Below, in pieces: positions 46,242 to 54,847 of a DNA stretch of 64,000 nucleotides (position 1 is its first letter; every line of letters starts with the position of its first letter). The position numbers and the translations under genes were made by a program. Source of the DNA: Escherichia coli (lineage in GTDB: Bacteria > Pseudomonadota > Gammaproteobacteria > Enterobacterales > Enterobacteriaceae); NCBI GenBank assembly GCA_902499925.1, contig GCA_902499925.1_4130.1; one strand, written 5' to 3'. A model generated the notes under the pieces. The model was given only the letters and a program-made list of their open reading frames with translations, ran no database searches and had not been told where the DNA came from.

Positions 46242-46853
46242 TTAATATTCGATTGATTCTACTACGCCATCAATAACATTGAATTGATATTCGTTACCCT
46301 CAATCAGTGCCGTAATGTTTTCAGTACTGAATTGATCCTCATATGCATTCTCTAAATCACGGTACAACTTGCGGGATAATTCACGAATAGTTTCAGTGAG
46401 TAGTTCCTCAAGCTCATTAACTAACGTTTCTTGTTTTGCGGTTAAATCAGTGTAAGCCGATTCAATGTACCCGCTTACAGTGTTTTCGTGTGAGTAGCGA
46501 GATTGAGAACGCTTTACACTCATCGCCAAATCATCTTCATTCAGCAGGTGACGGATTGAGCGATACTTAGTTAATGCTCTTACCTTGCGTAAAAACTTCA
46601 CTGCGTCAACGTGGTCAGTACTGATTGATGCACCGTCACCCTGGGACCAAAAACCACTGAATTGTATTTCAGCGTCATTAATGCCATATTCCGGTAATAC
46701 TGTTTCTTTATAGTATTCGATCACTGACTCAGAAAAGAAATCATCCCCGCTTGAACGTTCACGTTCCCGAACCAGTTCGATAGCTGACGTTTTTTGTTCT
46801 GCGTTCAATTCAGAAAAATCCATAACATAAGTAGTAGTAGTGATAGTTTTCAT
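46242..46853 (-). CDS. Hypothetical acidic protein
   Basis: 203-aa ORF; tandem promoters plus structured leader upstream. Confidence 0.7.
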   Translation of the reverse strand: MKTITTTTYVMDFSELNAEQKTSAIELVRERERSSGDDFFSESVIEYYKETVLPEYGINDAEIQFSGFWSQGDGASISTDHVDAVKFLRKVRALTKYRSIRHLLNEDDLAMSVKRSQSRYSHENTVSGYIESAYTDLTAKQETLVNELEELLTETIRELSRKLYRDLENAYEDQFSTENITALIEGNEYQFNVIDGVVESIEY

Positions 46854-46879
46854 TTTGTAACCCTCATTCAGTAGTTGAT

Positions 46880-47035
46880 GTAAGTATTATACGCTTTTAA
46901 AAACATTTGTCAAACTATTTTATCAGGGGAGTTTTTCGTGTGCCTTACTCCTGGGCTACTTAACGGGGAGTTACTTATTTCGTTCCCCGTCCTGATGTAA
47001 AACATTATACGCCTTTAAACATAGTTTGCAAGTAC
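46880..47035 (-). promoter_or_regulatory. Tandem promoters flanking second copy of ~70-nt structured leader
   Basis: Same arrangement and near-identical element as 36424-36600. Confidence 0.5.
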
Positions 47036-47078
47036 TTTTTAAAAATAGTTTTCAGTACTGAATATTAAAAAAAAAGTA

Positions 47079-47107
47079 TTGACAGCATTATCAAGTACTG
47101 GTATAAT
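47079..47107 (+). promoter_or_regulatory. Plus-strand consensus promoter (TTGACA-N17-TATAAT)
   Basis: Followed at ~20 nt by CCCACCGGGTGC; no plus ORF downstream. Confidence 0.5.
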
Positions 47108-47281
47108 ATATCCCATGACAACAGCTAACCCACCGGGTGCACAATTGTAACTATACTAAACTAATTTTTCTATAGATACACTCCCGCACCCTATGGGCTA
47201 CGGCTTATCTGCCAATGAATACATTATGCCAGTACTGACAAAATAAGTCAATACCGGCAATTGTAAAGATTTGTAAACTGC

Positions 47282-47512
47282 TTATACTGCAATCGCGTCC
47301 AGGCTATAATAATAATAAGTGCCGTATTGGTGTACTTTATTACCTTTTATTTCAGTACTGAATGAATCCGAACGATTGGCATATGATGTTAATTTAAAGT
47401 ACTTTGATTTGCTGATACGTTGCCATACACCGCAGATCCGCTGTAAGTAAGTAGTTTTATTAGTGGTAGTATCTTTTACGGTTTTAACTTCAGTCATATA
47501 CATATTGGTCAT
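47282..47512 (-). CDS. Hypothetical protein
   Basis: 76-aa ORF; AAGGAG upstream. Confidence 0.55.
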   Translation of the reverse strand: MTNMYMTEVKTVKDTTTNKTTYLQRICGVWQRISKSKYFKLTSYANRSDSFSTEIKGNKVHQYGTYYYYSLDAIAV

Positions 47513-47601
47513 TTTTTTTTACTCCTTGCTTTAGTGGGGAACTATTCCCCACCTGATATAAAGTATTATACGCTTTTAAACTTAGTTTGCAAGTACTTTT
47601 T

Positions 47602-47865
47602 TTATAGTACTGCTATCTTTTTAGTACGGTACACGGTAACACGATTCCCCTTACGGTCGAGCTTTATTTCTACCACTCGACGCGATACACTAGCAGGACT
47701 TTTCAACGCCGCTAACCAGTACTGTAATGATCTGGCGGTACTACGCTTTACAATGGCCCAACGTTTACCACTTTCCGATTGTACGCCCATATCTTTAAAC
47801 GTTGCCCCGTCCTGGCGTGCGGCGATCCGAGCTTGTTCACGCGTCGCAAAATACTTAATATTCAT
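47602..47865 (-). CDS. Hypothetical protein (paralog of 34951..35346)
   Basis: Start at MNIKYFATREQARIAAR. Confidence 0.65.
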   Translation of the reverse strand: MNIKYFATREQARIAARQDGATFKDMGVQSESGKRWAIVKRSTARSLQYWLAALKSPASVSRRVVEIKLDRKGNRVTVYRTKKIAVL

Positions 47866-47950
47866 GCTGTTGCCCTTATCGTTGGTGTATGAATAAAACA
47901 CTATTATAAAGTACTATCGCAAAAAATGATAGTACTTTAAATAAATTCTA

Positions 47951-48190
47951 TTACATTCCAACCATCGCCGCACGGATCGCAGTAGTGCTATATTTGAATC
48001 CGTCCGGTGTTTTATCTTGTCCAGTCTGTTCTAAAAATAACATCATATGACGGGCCGCATCATTGCGATTAGTGCTATCGTTAATAAAGTCCTGGGCCAA
48101 CCGGTATAATGATTCATCGTTATTAATCCAAAGGCTTACATTCCAATGAGTTTTGTTTTTGTGACCTAAGAACATTTTTGATTTAGCCAT
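47951..48190 (-). CDS. Hypothetical protein (paralog of 45912..46151)
   Basis: 79-aa ORF sharing N- and C-terminal blocks with 45912..46151. Confidence 0.7.
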   Translation of the reverse strand: MAKSKMFLGHKNKTHWNVSLWINNDESLYRLAQDFINDSTNRNDAARHMMLFLEQTGQDKTPDGFKYSTTAIRAAMVGM

Positions 48191-48282
48191 TTTTTAATCC
48201 TCTTATATAGTGGGGAACTATTCCCCACCTGATGTAAAACATTATACGCTTTTAAACTTAGTTTGCAAGTACTTTATTAAAC

Positions 48283-48645
48283 TTATTTGTAAATTTTGCC
48301 ACTGTCAGCCCATACCAGGAAACGATGCATATTATCCCATGCATCTTGTTTTAAATTTAAACCGTGCAATTCCTCAGTAGTTGCCATCCCTGGTACTGGC
48401 TTACTACACACCGCGAAATTTTCTCCCATGTACTGATAAACCATCGTTAAATCATTTGAGATCATTACATGGATCATTGAATCAAGCATCAAAGTAGCGG
48501 CGTATTGTTCACGCTTAAGCGGCAACATTGCAATAAGTTCCCGATAAGCTGCAATGTGAATTTTTACAGTTTCAGCCGGAAGACCTTTCATCTCTTCACG
48601 GAAGTTAACCAGGTTAAGCATGATTTTATTGATTTGAGTCGCCAT
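48283..48645 (-). CDS. Hypothetical protein
   Basis: Start at MATQINKIML; leader palindrome GCGGGAA-gtg-TTCCCGC. Confidence 0.7.
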   Translation of the reverse strand: MATQINKIMLNLVNFREEMKGLPAETVKIHIAAYRELIAMLPLKREQYAATLMLDSMIHVMISNDLTMVYQYMGENFAVCSKPVPGMATTEELHGLNLKQDAWDNMHRFLVWADSGKIYK

Positions 48646-49008
48646 CGTTTTAATCTCTCTTAATGTGTAGCGGGAAGTGTTCCCGCTCTCGATGTAAAAC
48701 ATTATACGCTTTTATCAGTACGGTGCAAGTACTTTCTACAAATACTTTTAAAATAGTTTTCTTTCTATATAGGGGAACTATTATTCAGTACTGCAACCAT
48801 CCAGGGGAACTATCTTTCTATATAGTAGTACTATCATTCAGTACTGAATCAATCCACCAAATCATCCCGATACCCCGTAAAACGGCCTCAGACGCATTCT
48901 AACGCATTAATACACCTAAGCTATACATTTGCACCATTCCAATCATTCCAGGGCTTTACTGGCCGTTTAAACGCGTTAAATTATTTTCAATTATTTTGTT
49001 TTTAGCTA

Positions 49009-49036
49009 TTGACTCAGTACTAAAAAAGCGTATAAT
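49009..49036 (+). promoter_or_regulatory. Plus-strand promoter (TTGACT-N17-TATAAT) in noncoding region
   Basis: Followed by TACTACATAGA...GAGAAAG...GATCCGTCC leader resembling the unit at 44936. Confidence 0.45.
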
Positions 49037-49474
49037 TACTACATAGACGCGAGAAAGCGGATACCCCAGGGGGTGGGAAGATCCGTCCAAAATTCATAAA
49101 ATTTAAAAAGGATACACTCCCGCACCCTAGCAGGTCAAAGCACTTTCTCAGTACTGAAATATAGTACCATAGTCCGGCCCAGGATAGCAAGCAAATTAAT
49201 TAAAACTTTTTGCTTCCAGGGTATTGCTTTATTTTTCCAGTACTGTATAATAGTTCCATCAAGTCGAGAAAGACTCAAGCCCACCGGGTGCATAGTTACG
49301 CCCAAAATTCAGTACTGAAAAAATTTTTAAAAATATCCGTCCAGGCCGTTGACATTGCCCCCAGTTTATAAGATAATGATTCCAGATTCAGAAAAATCTA
49401 ACTCCAGATACTGCGGGGAAACTATCCCCACGCGGTAGGGGAACTATTGGAAAAAACAAAATAAAATTTTGATT

Positions 49475-49620
49475 TAGCCGTCTATACTTCCAGACGTGTA
49501 ACCATCTAGCCGTTTAGCCGTCCAAACGTCTAGCCATCCAGCCATCCAGAAATCTAGCCGTTTAGCCGTCTAGATGGATAGCCATCTTTACTTCCAGACT
49601 TCTGGAGGGCTAGACATATC
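49475..49620. repeat. Cluster of short direct repeats (TAGCCGT / CCATCCAG / TCTAGCC), iteron-like
   Basis: About ten TAGCC(G/A)T-type units within ~150 bp in ORF-free region. Confidence 0.6.
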
Positions 49621-50289
49621 TACGTCCAAAATCCATCCAGGGTAACTACGCCCAAAATCCGTCAGTACTATACCATAGATCTATCTTTTGAAAGGGAGTA
49701 TTCAGTACTGCCATCATAGCCCTCACTATGTTACCCTAGGAGGATGAAGACTATCATGTAGTACTGAATACTGTTAGAGGGAATCCACCAGCTTGTGCTG
49801 GTGGCATAATGCTTTAGATTAAAATCAGTACTGATACCATTCTGTTAATACCAGTACTGTTATTACGATTTTCATATGAGGTTCAAAAAGATGTACCACC
49901 ACAGGAGGAACTATCTTTTCTGTACTGTCTCACGACAGGAGGTAGAGTAAATGAATTGTTCGCAGCAACTCATCTCTCTATGTAGAACATTATACAGTAC
50001 TGAATCATAATGTCAATAACTTTCTTTCACCATTCAGTACTGATATTCTTGAGAACTACCCGACTACAAACATCATTATATCCCACAAATCATAAACGTC
50101 CCAACGTAAATTTCAACTTTCGAAGATCCAACTTTTATTTCATAGGTACTCCAAAATTTTTAGGATCGAGATTTAGGATGGAGTACTAACCAACTTTTTG
50201 CTGGAGCCTCAAGGGGTAATGGAATTTTACCCCGAAGGGTAAAGGGGTAATTGAAATTAAGGTGAAAGTAATAATTCAGTACTAATCAT

Positions 50290-50560
50290 TGCGTGATTAC
50301 TTTTGATTACATTTGATGTAATTTGCAAAATGGAAAAGGAGCTTGGAAACTACAAAGTACGGCAGACTTCCTCTGCCTACTTAGTGGCATATCGACACCT
50401 TCAGTACTGAATACTTTTGGGGCAGTACTGAATCCTTCCCTAGCATTCTTGAGTAATCTTGTCTATAATAATCAGTACTGAATCATATATAATCATTCTG
50501 TGATTCTACGGTGCTCATATAAATGTTTATATATGATTACTTATGACTACATATGATTAC
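50290..50560. repeat. Repeated TGATTAC-type heptamers
   Basis: GTGATTAC...TGATTAC...TGATGTAAT and ATGATTAC...TGACTAC...ATGATTAC read directly. Confidence 0.45.
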
Positions 50561-50683
50561 GGGGTTTAGCCTGGGGAGAATCCTAGTGATCGCATTTGTC
50601 CAGGCTGAATTTTAACATATATAACATATGTTAAAGCCTGTCCAATGCTTTCCCTGCGGAGCTTCCCCTGTCTATATGTTGAA

Positions 50684-50890
50684 TTACTTCCTATATATAA
50701 GCATTAACATATAGTAGTACTGATTATGCTGTACATTCTCTTTAATATTATAAGGGTCTATAGCAATCTCGGTACATCTGTTAAATGCATATCTATTAAA
50801 TGCCAGTACTATTATAGATCTAATCCATGCTTGGTCAGTCGGTGGTAGTTTACTTATATAGTACTCTTTATAATTTTTTATGTTCTGCAT
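50684..50890 (-). CDS. Family C paralog (small protein, N-terminal KEYY...KL motif)
   Basis: MQNIKNYKEYYISKL...YYYMLMLIYRK. Confidence 0.65.
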   Translation of the reverse strand: MQNIKNYKEYYISKLPPTDQAWIRSIIVLAFNRYAFNRCTEIAIDPYNIKENVQHNQYYYMLMLIYRK

Positions 50891-50901
50891 AGTATACCTT
50901 A

Positions 50902-51093
50902 TTATTTCAAAGTACCATATAGTACTCTTAATAGGAAGTAGTACGTATTAGAAATATCATTACTAGTTAAAACAATCTTTGTACACATATTAAATTCGTA
51001 TTGAGTCATTGCCAGGGGGATTAAATTGTTAACCCATGCTTGTTCGTTTTCTTTGAGTTTACTTATATAGAAATCTTTATGTTCTTTATTCAT
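50902..51093 (-). CDS. Family C paralog
   Basis: MNKEHKDFYISKL... Confidence 0.65.
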   Translation of the reverse strand: MNKEHKDFYISKLKENEQAWVNNLIPLAMTQYEFNMCTKIVLTSNDISNTYYFLLRVLYGTLK

Positions 51094-51295
51094 ATAGGAA
51101 TAGTATACCTATGATGCCGGAGTACATATTAGTACTGTTATTATTGGCGTTTGCGTTTAAAGTCATTTGAATACAATTATTGTAGCATACTCTGCCGAAA
51201 TATGTATCAGTACTTAAAGGTGCTGTAGTCCTTAGAAACATTTGTTCTGTGGGGCTGAGGTGTTTGGAATAGAATTCTTTATGTTCTTTATTCAT
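51086..51295 (-). CDS. Family C paralog
   Basis: MNKEHKEFYSKHLSPTEQMFL... Confidence 0.65.
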   Translation of the reverse strand: MNKEHKEFYSKHLSPTEQMFLRTTAPLSTDTYFGRVCYNNCIQMTLNANANNNSTNMYSGIIGILFLYE

Positions 51296-51300
51296 ATTAG

Positions 51301-51486
51301 TTAGTGTCTGTATATAAGTAATAGTAAGAATACGTACTGCACCTGTTCATCTTTAGTATTGAGTACTGTACGTATTGCGTCATGGAACAAGAATATAGTA
51401 CTTGGGTCATTAGAATTTAAGGGGTTTACGGGGACGGCGTGTTTGTAGTTCCCTTTAACAAATTGTATATAGTATTCTCTATGCAT
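51301..51486 (-). CDS. Family C paralog
   Basis: MHREYYIQFV...VFLLLLIYRH. Confidence 0.6.
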   Translation of the reverse strand: MHREYYIQFVKGNYKHAVPVNPLNSNDPSTIFLFHDAIRTVLNTKDEQVQYVFLLLLIYRH

Positions 51487-51487
51487 A

Positions 51488-51676
51488 TCAGTACCTATAT
51501 ATTAGGGCGAGAATGTAGTACAGTTTATATGTATTATAATCTGGGTTGATAGCACATAGTGTGTGGTAGTGGAATTGTTTGGTATTTTTCTTATCCTTGA
51601 TATCTATTGGGTTTAGTGGTATAAGCATTTGGGAGTTTAGTTCCAGATGGTTTAAGTAGAATTCTTTGTTATTCAT
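51488..51676 (-). CDS. Family C paralog
   Basis: MNNKEFYLNHL...YYILALIYRY. Confidence 0.65.
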   Translation of the reverse strand: MNNKEFYLNHLELNSQMLIPLNPIDIKDKKNTKQFHYHTLCAINPDYNTYKLYYILALIYRY

Positions 51677-51875
51677 AGAAGAATATTAGTCCCATTACGC
51701 CTGAGTATTGAATATTTTTGTTATTGTTTTCTAAAGCTTCTAGAGTAATACGTATACAATTATTAAAGCAATCTCTGGCGTGTGGTGTATCTAAACTTAA
51801 AGGTGATACACTCCTTAGAAACATTTGTTCTGATGCACTGAGGTGTTTGGTGTAAAATTCTTTCTGTTCGTTCAT
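51669..51875 (-). CDS. Family C paralog
   Basis: MNEQKEFYTKHLSASEQMFL...; close paralog of 51086..51295. Confidence 0.65.
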   Translation of the reverse strand: MNEQKEFYTKHLSASEQMFLRSVSPLSLDTPHARDCFNNCIRITLEALENNNKNIQYSGVMGLIFFYE

Positions 51876-51885
51876 ATTGGCCTCT

Positions 51886-52074
51886 TTAGTACACGAAAGC
51901 TAGGTACAGTGTATGATACAGTACTCGATGATAGCTATCAAAATCTAGTATACATGCTTTAGTGCACATAGTAAAGTACACTTTATCGTTTTGAGCATTG
52001 ATACCGCGAGGTTTATCTAATAGATTAGTACTGAGGTACATTGGGAAATATTTTGTGTAGTATTCTTTATGCAT
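51886..52074 (-). CDS. Family C paralog
   Basis: Start at MHKEYYTKYF (track ORF to 52119). Confidence 0.6.
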   Translation of the reverse strand: MHKEYYTKYFPMYLSTNLLDKPRGINAQNDKVYFTMCTKACILDFDSYHRVLYHTLYLAFVY

Positions 52075-52075
52075 A

Positions 52076-52258
52076 TTAGTACCTGAATATAAGTAGGATA
52101 GTGTTATATAATTGGTCATAACTACTACTATTTTCTATACTTCGTTCTATGCAGTTATTGAATCCCAGTACTGCCAAATCGTTATCCAGGGGGACTTTGT
52201 ATCTGGCGTAGTGTTCAAAAATGCTGGGGAGAAATTGTGTGTAGTATTCTTTGTGCAT
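52076..52258 (-). CDS. Family C paralog
   Basis: MHKEYYTQFL... Confidence 0.65.
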   Translation of the reverse strand: MHKEYYTQFLPSIFEHYARYKVPLDNDLAVLGFNNCIERSIENSSSYDQLYNTILLIFRY

Positions 52259-52259
52259 A

Positions 52260-52451
52260 TTAGTACTTATATATTAGTAAAAGGATGTGATACAGTACTC
52301 GATTATAGTCTTCAATATATATCGAGGATTTAGTGCACTGAATGAAGTAGTCTTTTTCGTAGTTTTTTTCTATACCCAATGGTTCTGTTGGTAGAAGGTG
52401 TTGGAGATACATTGGGAGTTTCTCTATGTAGTATTCTTTGTGGTTATTCAT
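52260..52451 (-). CDS. Family C paralog
   Basis: MNNHKEYYIEKL... Confidence 0.65.
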   Translation of the reverse strand: MNNHKEYYIEKLPMYLQHLLPTEPLGIEKNYEKDYFIQCTKSSIYIEDYNRVLYHILLLIYKY

Positions 52452-52459
52452 ATTATGTG

Positions 52460-52633
52460 TTATTTCGTGAAAACAAGGGTTAGTACTGCATAGTACAAGT
52501 CATACGTATCTTTAGGGTTAATAGCACCTTTAATACATTCTTTCATTACTTCATTATAGATAATTTTAGTACTGAATGTATTGGATGTTACTATATCGGA
52601 ATTAAGGTACGAGAGGTAGAATTCTTTATACAT
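52460..52633 (-). CDS. Family C paralog
   Basis: Start at MYKEFYLSYL (track ORF to 52696). Confidence 0.6.
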   Translation of the reverse strand: MYKEFYLSYLNSDIVTSNTFSTKIIYNEVMKECIKGAINPKDTYDLYYAVLTLVFTK

Positions 52634-53285
52634 AGTTTGAAATATACGTAATGAGGTGATGAAATTTCTTATCAGTACTGATAAGTTCCTGTACATGTTT
52701 TGTTAGTTTGTACGCGTTTTTATAGAGTCCTGGATTATCGATTACAGTACTGTACATGAATTCTTCTTCCTCGGATAATTCTTTGTGTTCTAGTTCTTTG
52801 AGGAATTGCAGTACTGTATCAGTTTCGTTAGTACGTTGCTTTTGGAAGAAGTGCATGTTATCGTGTATTTTTTCTGAACCCATGCAGTACATATCGCCGA
52901 TTTGGAATTGTGCAGTACTGATATCATGGGTGCTATTACAATTCCCGAAGAAGTATACATTCCCGAAAGATAGAATTATAGTGCACGGGATATTATCCAT
53001 GTGTATATAGATAGATGCATTCTTTAGTGCTTTTGTGCTGGTATTAGTACTCAATACTTTTAAATCAGTATTATAGATATTAATAAAAGCAAGAGCTATA
53101 TTATTTTTCTTCAAGTACGATTTGAGGTTCTTAGATACGAGAACATTTCTGGATTTTTTCTTTTTATTTCGTTTCTTTAGTACACACGGGTCGTAAGTAT
53201 ATGCTGGTGTAAAAGATTCTGCTTGAATACTGTTGAGGTATTTAAAGTGCTTAAGGTATTGTTTGCTGTGTGCATTAAGTTTCAT
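52626..53285 (-). CDS. Family A-like protein embedded in family C array
   Basis: 219-aa ORF with 'SEEEEFMYSTVIDNPG'. Confidence 0.65.
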   Translation of the reverse strand: MKLNAHSKQYLKHFKYLNSIQAESFTPAYTYDPCVLKKRNKKKKSRNVLVSKNLKSYLKKNNIALAFINIYNTDLKVLSTNTSTKALKNASIYIHMDNIPCTIILSFGNVYFFGNCNSTHDISTAQFQIGDMYCMGSEKIHDNMHFFQKQRTNETDTVLQFLKELEHKELSEEEEFMYSTVIDNPGLYKNAYKLTKHVQELISTDKKFHHLITYISNYV

Positions 53286-53294
53286 TTGGTTTCC

Positions 53295-53474
53295 TTTATA
53301 CAGATGCGAGAGCGAGGATTTCCCTGAAGGGATTATCTTTTGTTAGTGCGTGATGAATGCAGCTATTGAGATTAATATTTTTAGTACTGTTAGTTGCCAG
53401 GTTGTAGTACTTCACGAAGGTGTCGTACATGAAACGGTCTTTAATGCTTATGTGTTCTATATAGTATTCTTGCA
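53295..53474 (-). CDS. Family C paralog (~59 aa), not in ORF track
   Basis: Translation MQEYYIEHISIKDRFMYDTFVKYYNLATN...; coordinates approximate. Confidence 0.45.
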
Positions 53475-53483
53475 TATTATTCC

Positions 53484-53672
53484 TTACATAGAGATGAGTT
53501 TCAGTACATCAATATACATATAACGTTCAGATGACAGTACACGGGTAGTGATAATCTCAATCGATATATTTTTAATTCCATGTGCAGATGATTGATGGTG
53601 CTGAATAAATGAGTTGTGCATACTTTGTTCTATGTGGTTTAGTTTATTGAAGTAGTACTCAAAAGTGTTCAT
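53484..53672 (-). CDS. Family C paralog
   Basis: MNTFEYYFNKL...YIDVLKLISM. Confidence 0.65.
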   Translation of the reverse strand: MNTFEYYFNKLNHIEQSMHNSFIQHHQSSAHGIKNISIEIITTRVLSSERYMYIDVLKLISM

Positions 53673-53679
53673 GTCTACC

Positions 53680-53859
53680 TTAGATTGAGATTAGTTTAAG
53701 TACTTCTCTGTACGTGTACTTTTCGTTTTGTGCTTCTACTGTACATGATAGTAGGTATCGTTTTTTATCTCTTTTGTTCCCGACTGTGTAGTACCTTTGG
53801 AATTTATTATAGTTGTATCTATCTTTGTGCTGGAGGTTATAGATATAGAATTCTTGCAT
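53680..53859 (-). CDS. Family C paralog (~59 aa), not in ORF track
   Basis: Translation MQEFYIYNLQHKDRYNYNKFQRYY...YTYREVLKLISI; coordinates approximate. Confidence 0.45.
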   Translation of the reverse strand: MQEFYIYNLQHKDRYNYNKFQRYYTVGNKRDKKRYLLSCTVEAQNEKYTYREVLKLISI

Positions 53860-53867
53860 AGAGTACC

Positions 53868-54053
53868 TTAGATTGCTATCAGTTTGAGTACTTCAATATA
53901 TGTGCGGTACTCTGCTTTAATTAAATTTGTACACACTGTAAGGGAATTTCTTTGTATAAGTTTATTGCCGCTTTTATACGCATTTCTCCACACATAGAGA
54001 TGAGATCTTTCAGGCATAGATAGTTTATTTGTATAGTACTCAAATGTATTCAT
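53868..54053 (-). CDS. Family C paralog
   Basis: MNTFEYYTNKL...YIEVLKLIAI. Confidence 0.65.
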   Translation of the reverse strand: MNTFEYYTNKLSMPERSHLYVWRNAYKSGNKLIQRNSLTVCTNLIKAEYRTYIEVLKLIAI

Positions 54054-54061
54054 ATATTACC

Positions 54062-54265
54062 TCAAATAGAGATTAGTTTAAGTACTTCTCTGTATGTGTA
54101 CTTTTCGTTTTGTGCATCTCTTGTGCTTGTATATAGGTATCCTCGACGATATTTGTTGCTCCCGTTCTTGTAGTTGAATTCGAACTTATTGTAGATGAAT
54201 CTATCGCCAGGCTGTAATTTACTTAAGTACAATTCAATGCTCATAGTATTCTCTTTACATATCAA
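54062..54265 (-). CDS. Family C paralog
   Basis: ...MSIELYLSKL...YTYREVLKLISI. Confidence 0.65.
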   Translation of the reverse strand: MICKENTMSIELYLSKLQPGDRFIYNKFEFNYKNGSNKYRRGYLYTSTRDAQNEKYTYREVLKLISI

Positions 54266-54440
54266 TAAGTTTCAGTACTGCTCTGTACGTGTACTTAGTT
54301 GTTAGTGCTTCTTTTATAGCAATACAGAAGTAATGTTGTTTGTCTCTTATACTACCGCGTTTGTAGTACCATACATTGGAGTTGTGGGTGTACTTGTCCC
54401 TGTCGGATAGATTTTGGTAATAGTATAATATATGATTCAT
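54255..54440 (-). CDS. Family C paralog
   Basis: MNHILYYYQNL...YTYRAVLKLIDM. Confidence 0.65.
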   Translation of the reverse strand: MNHILYYYQNLSDRDKYTHNSNVWYYKRGSIRDKQHYFCIAIKEALTTKYTYRAVLKLIDM

Positions 54441-54649
54441 GGTAATGTAATTAGCCTTACTATATTAAAGTACTCGGTCCCTGGTACACCTTGTAGAATA
54501 TTATCAACTACATTTTCTTGGTGCAGGATTAATACATTCGGTGCGGTTCTTTTAAGGTTTTTTAAAGTACTGTATTCTTGTTTAAGGATGAACTGTACAT
54601 CTTTAGGGAGAATATCTAAGTAGTACTGGTGTATGTTCATAGTTTTCAT
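54437..54649 (-). CDS. Family C paralog
   Basis: MKTMNIHQYYLDIL... Confidence 0.6.
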   Translation of the reverse strand: MKTMNIHQYYLDILPKDVQFILKQEYSTLKNLKRTAPNVLILHQENVVDNILQGVPGTEYFNIVRLITLP

Positions 54650-54660
54650 ATAGTACTCTT

Positions 54661-54846
54661 TTAGAACTTAAAGATGAGGTTCATGATAGATAAGTACTTA
54701 GTTTCAGGAAATTGATGTTCTATTGCATAACGTGTCTCCAGTCTGAAGTCAAATTTATAAAAGGGACTATTCATATCCATAGGTTCATTGGGAAATGAAT
54801 CTCTGTATTGTTTGTGCAGCTTACTACAGTAGAATTCTTTATACAT
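54661..54846 (-). CDS. Family C paralog
   Basis: MYKEFYCSKL... Confidence 0.6.
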   Translation of the reverse strand: MYKEFYCSKLHKQYRDSFPNEPMDMNSPFYKFDFRLETRYAIEHQFPETKYLSIMNLIFKF

Positions 54847-54847
54847 A

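Noticed and set aside
32938-48700. Interpreting the GGGGAGAA-N3-TTCTCCCC palindromes as intrinsic terminators
   Set aside because: They lie between the -10 box and the SD of the downstream gene and are not followed by a T-run on the transcribed strand, unlike the true terminators at 34903, 39314, 43398 and 44135.
30521-48702. N-terminal extensions in the ORF track such as MYNVLHREGEMVLPP, MFYIERGKWF, MVLPGNEENK, MVPRSNEDLK, MRGNGSPPNKE
   Set aside because: They are translations of the -10 box (ATGTTTTACAT) and leader palindrome; true starts are the downstream ATG placed 6-9 nt after a strong SD.
30336-48902. Plus-strand ORFs in the G+C-richer block (e.g. 30336..30620, 35102..35332, 37322..37732, 40900..41175, 43444..43788, 47534..47896)
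   Set aside because: Each spans promoter/leader palindromes or lies antisense to better-supported minus-strand genes; no RBS or promoter in plus orientation.
48703-50683. tRNA or other structured RNA genes in the ORF-free region
   Set aside because: No cloverleaf-compatible arrangement or T-loop consensus (GTTCRANYC) was recognisable by eye; cannot be excluded without tRNAscan-type analysis.
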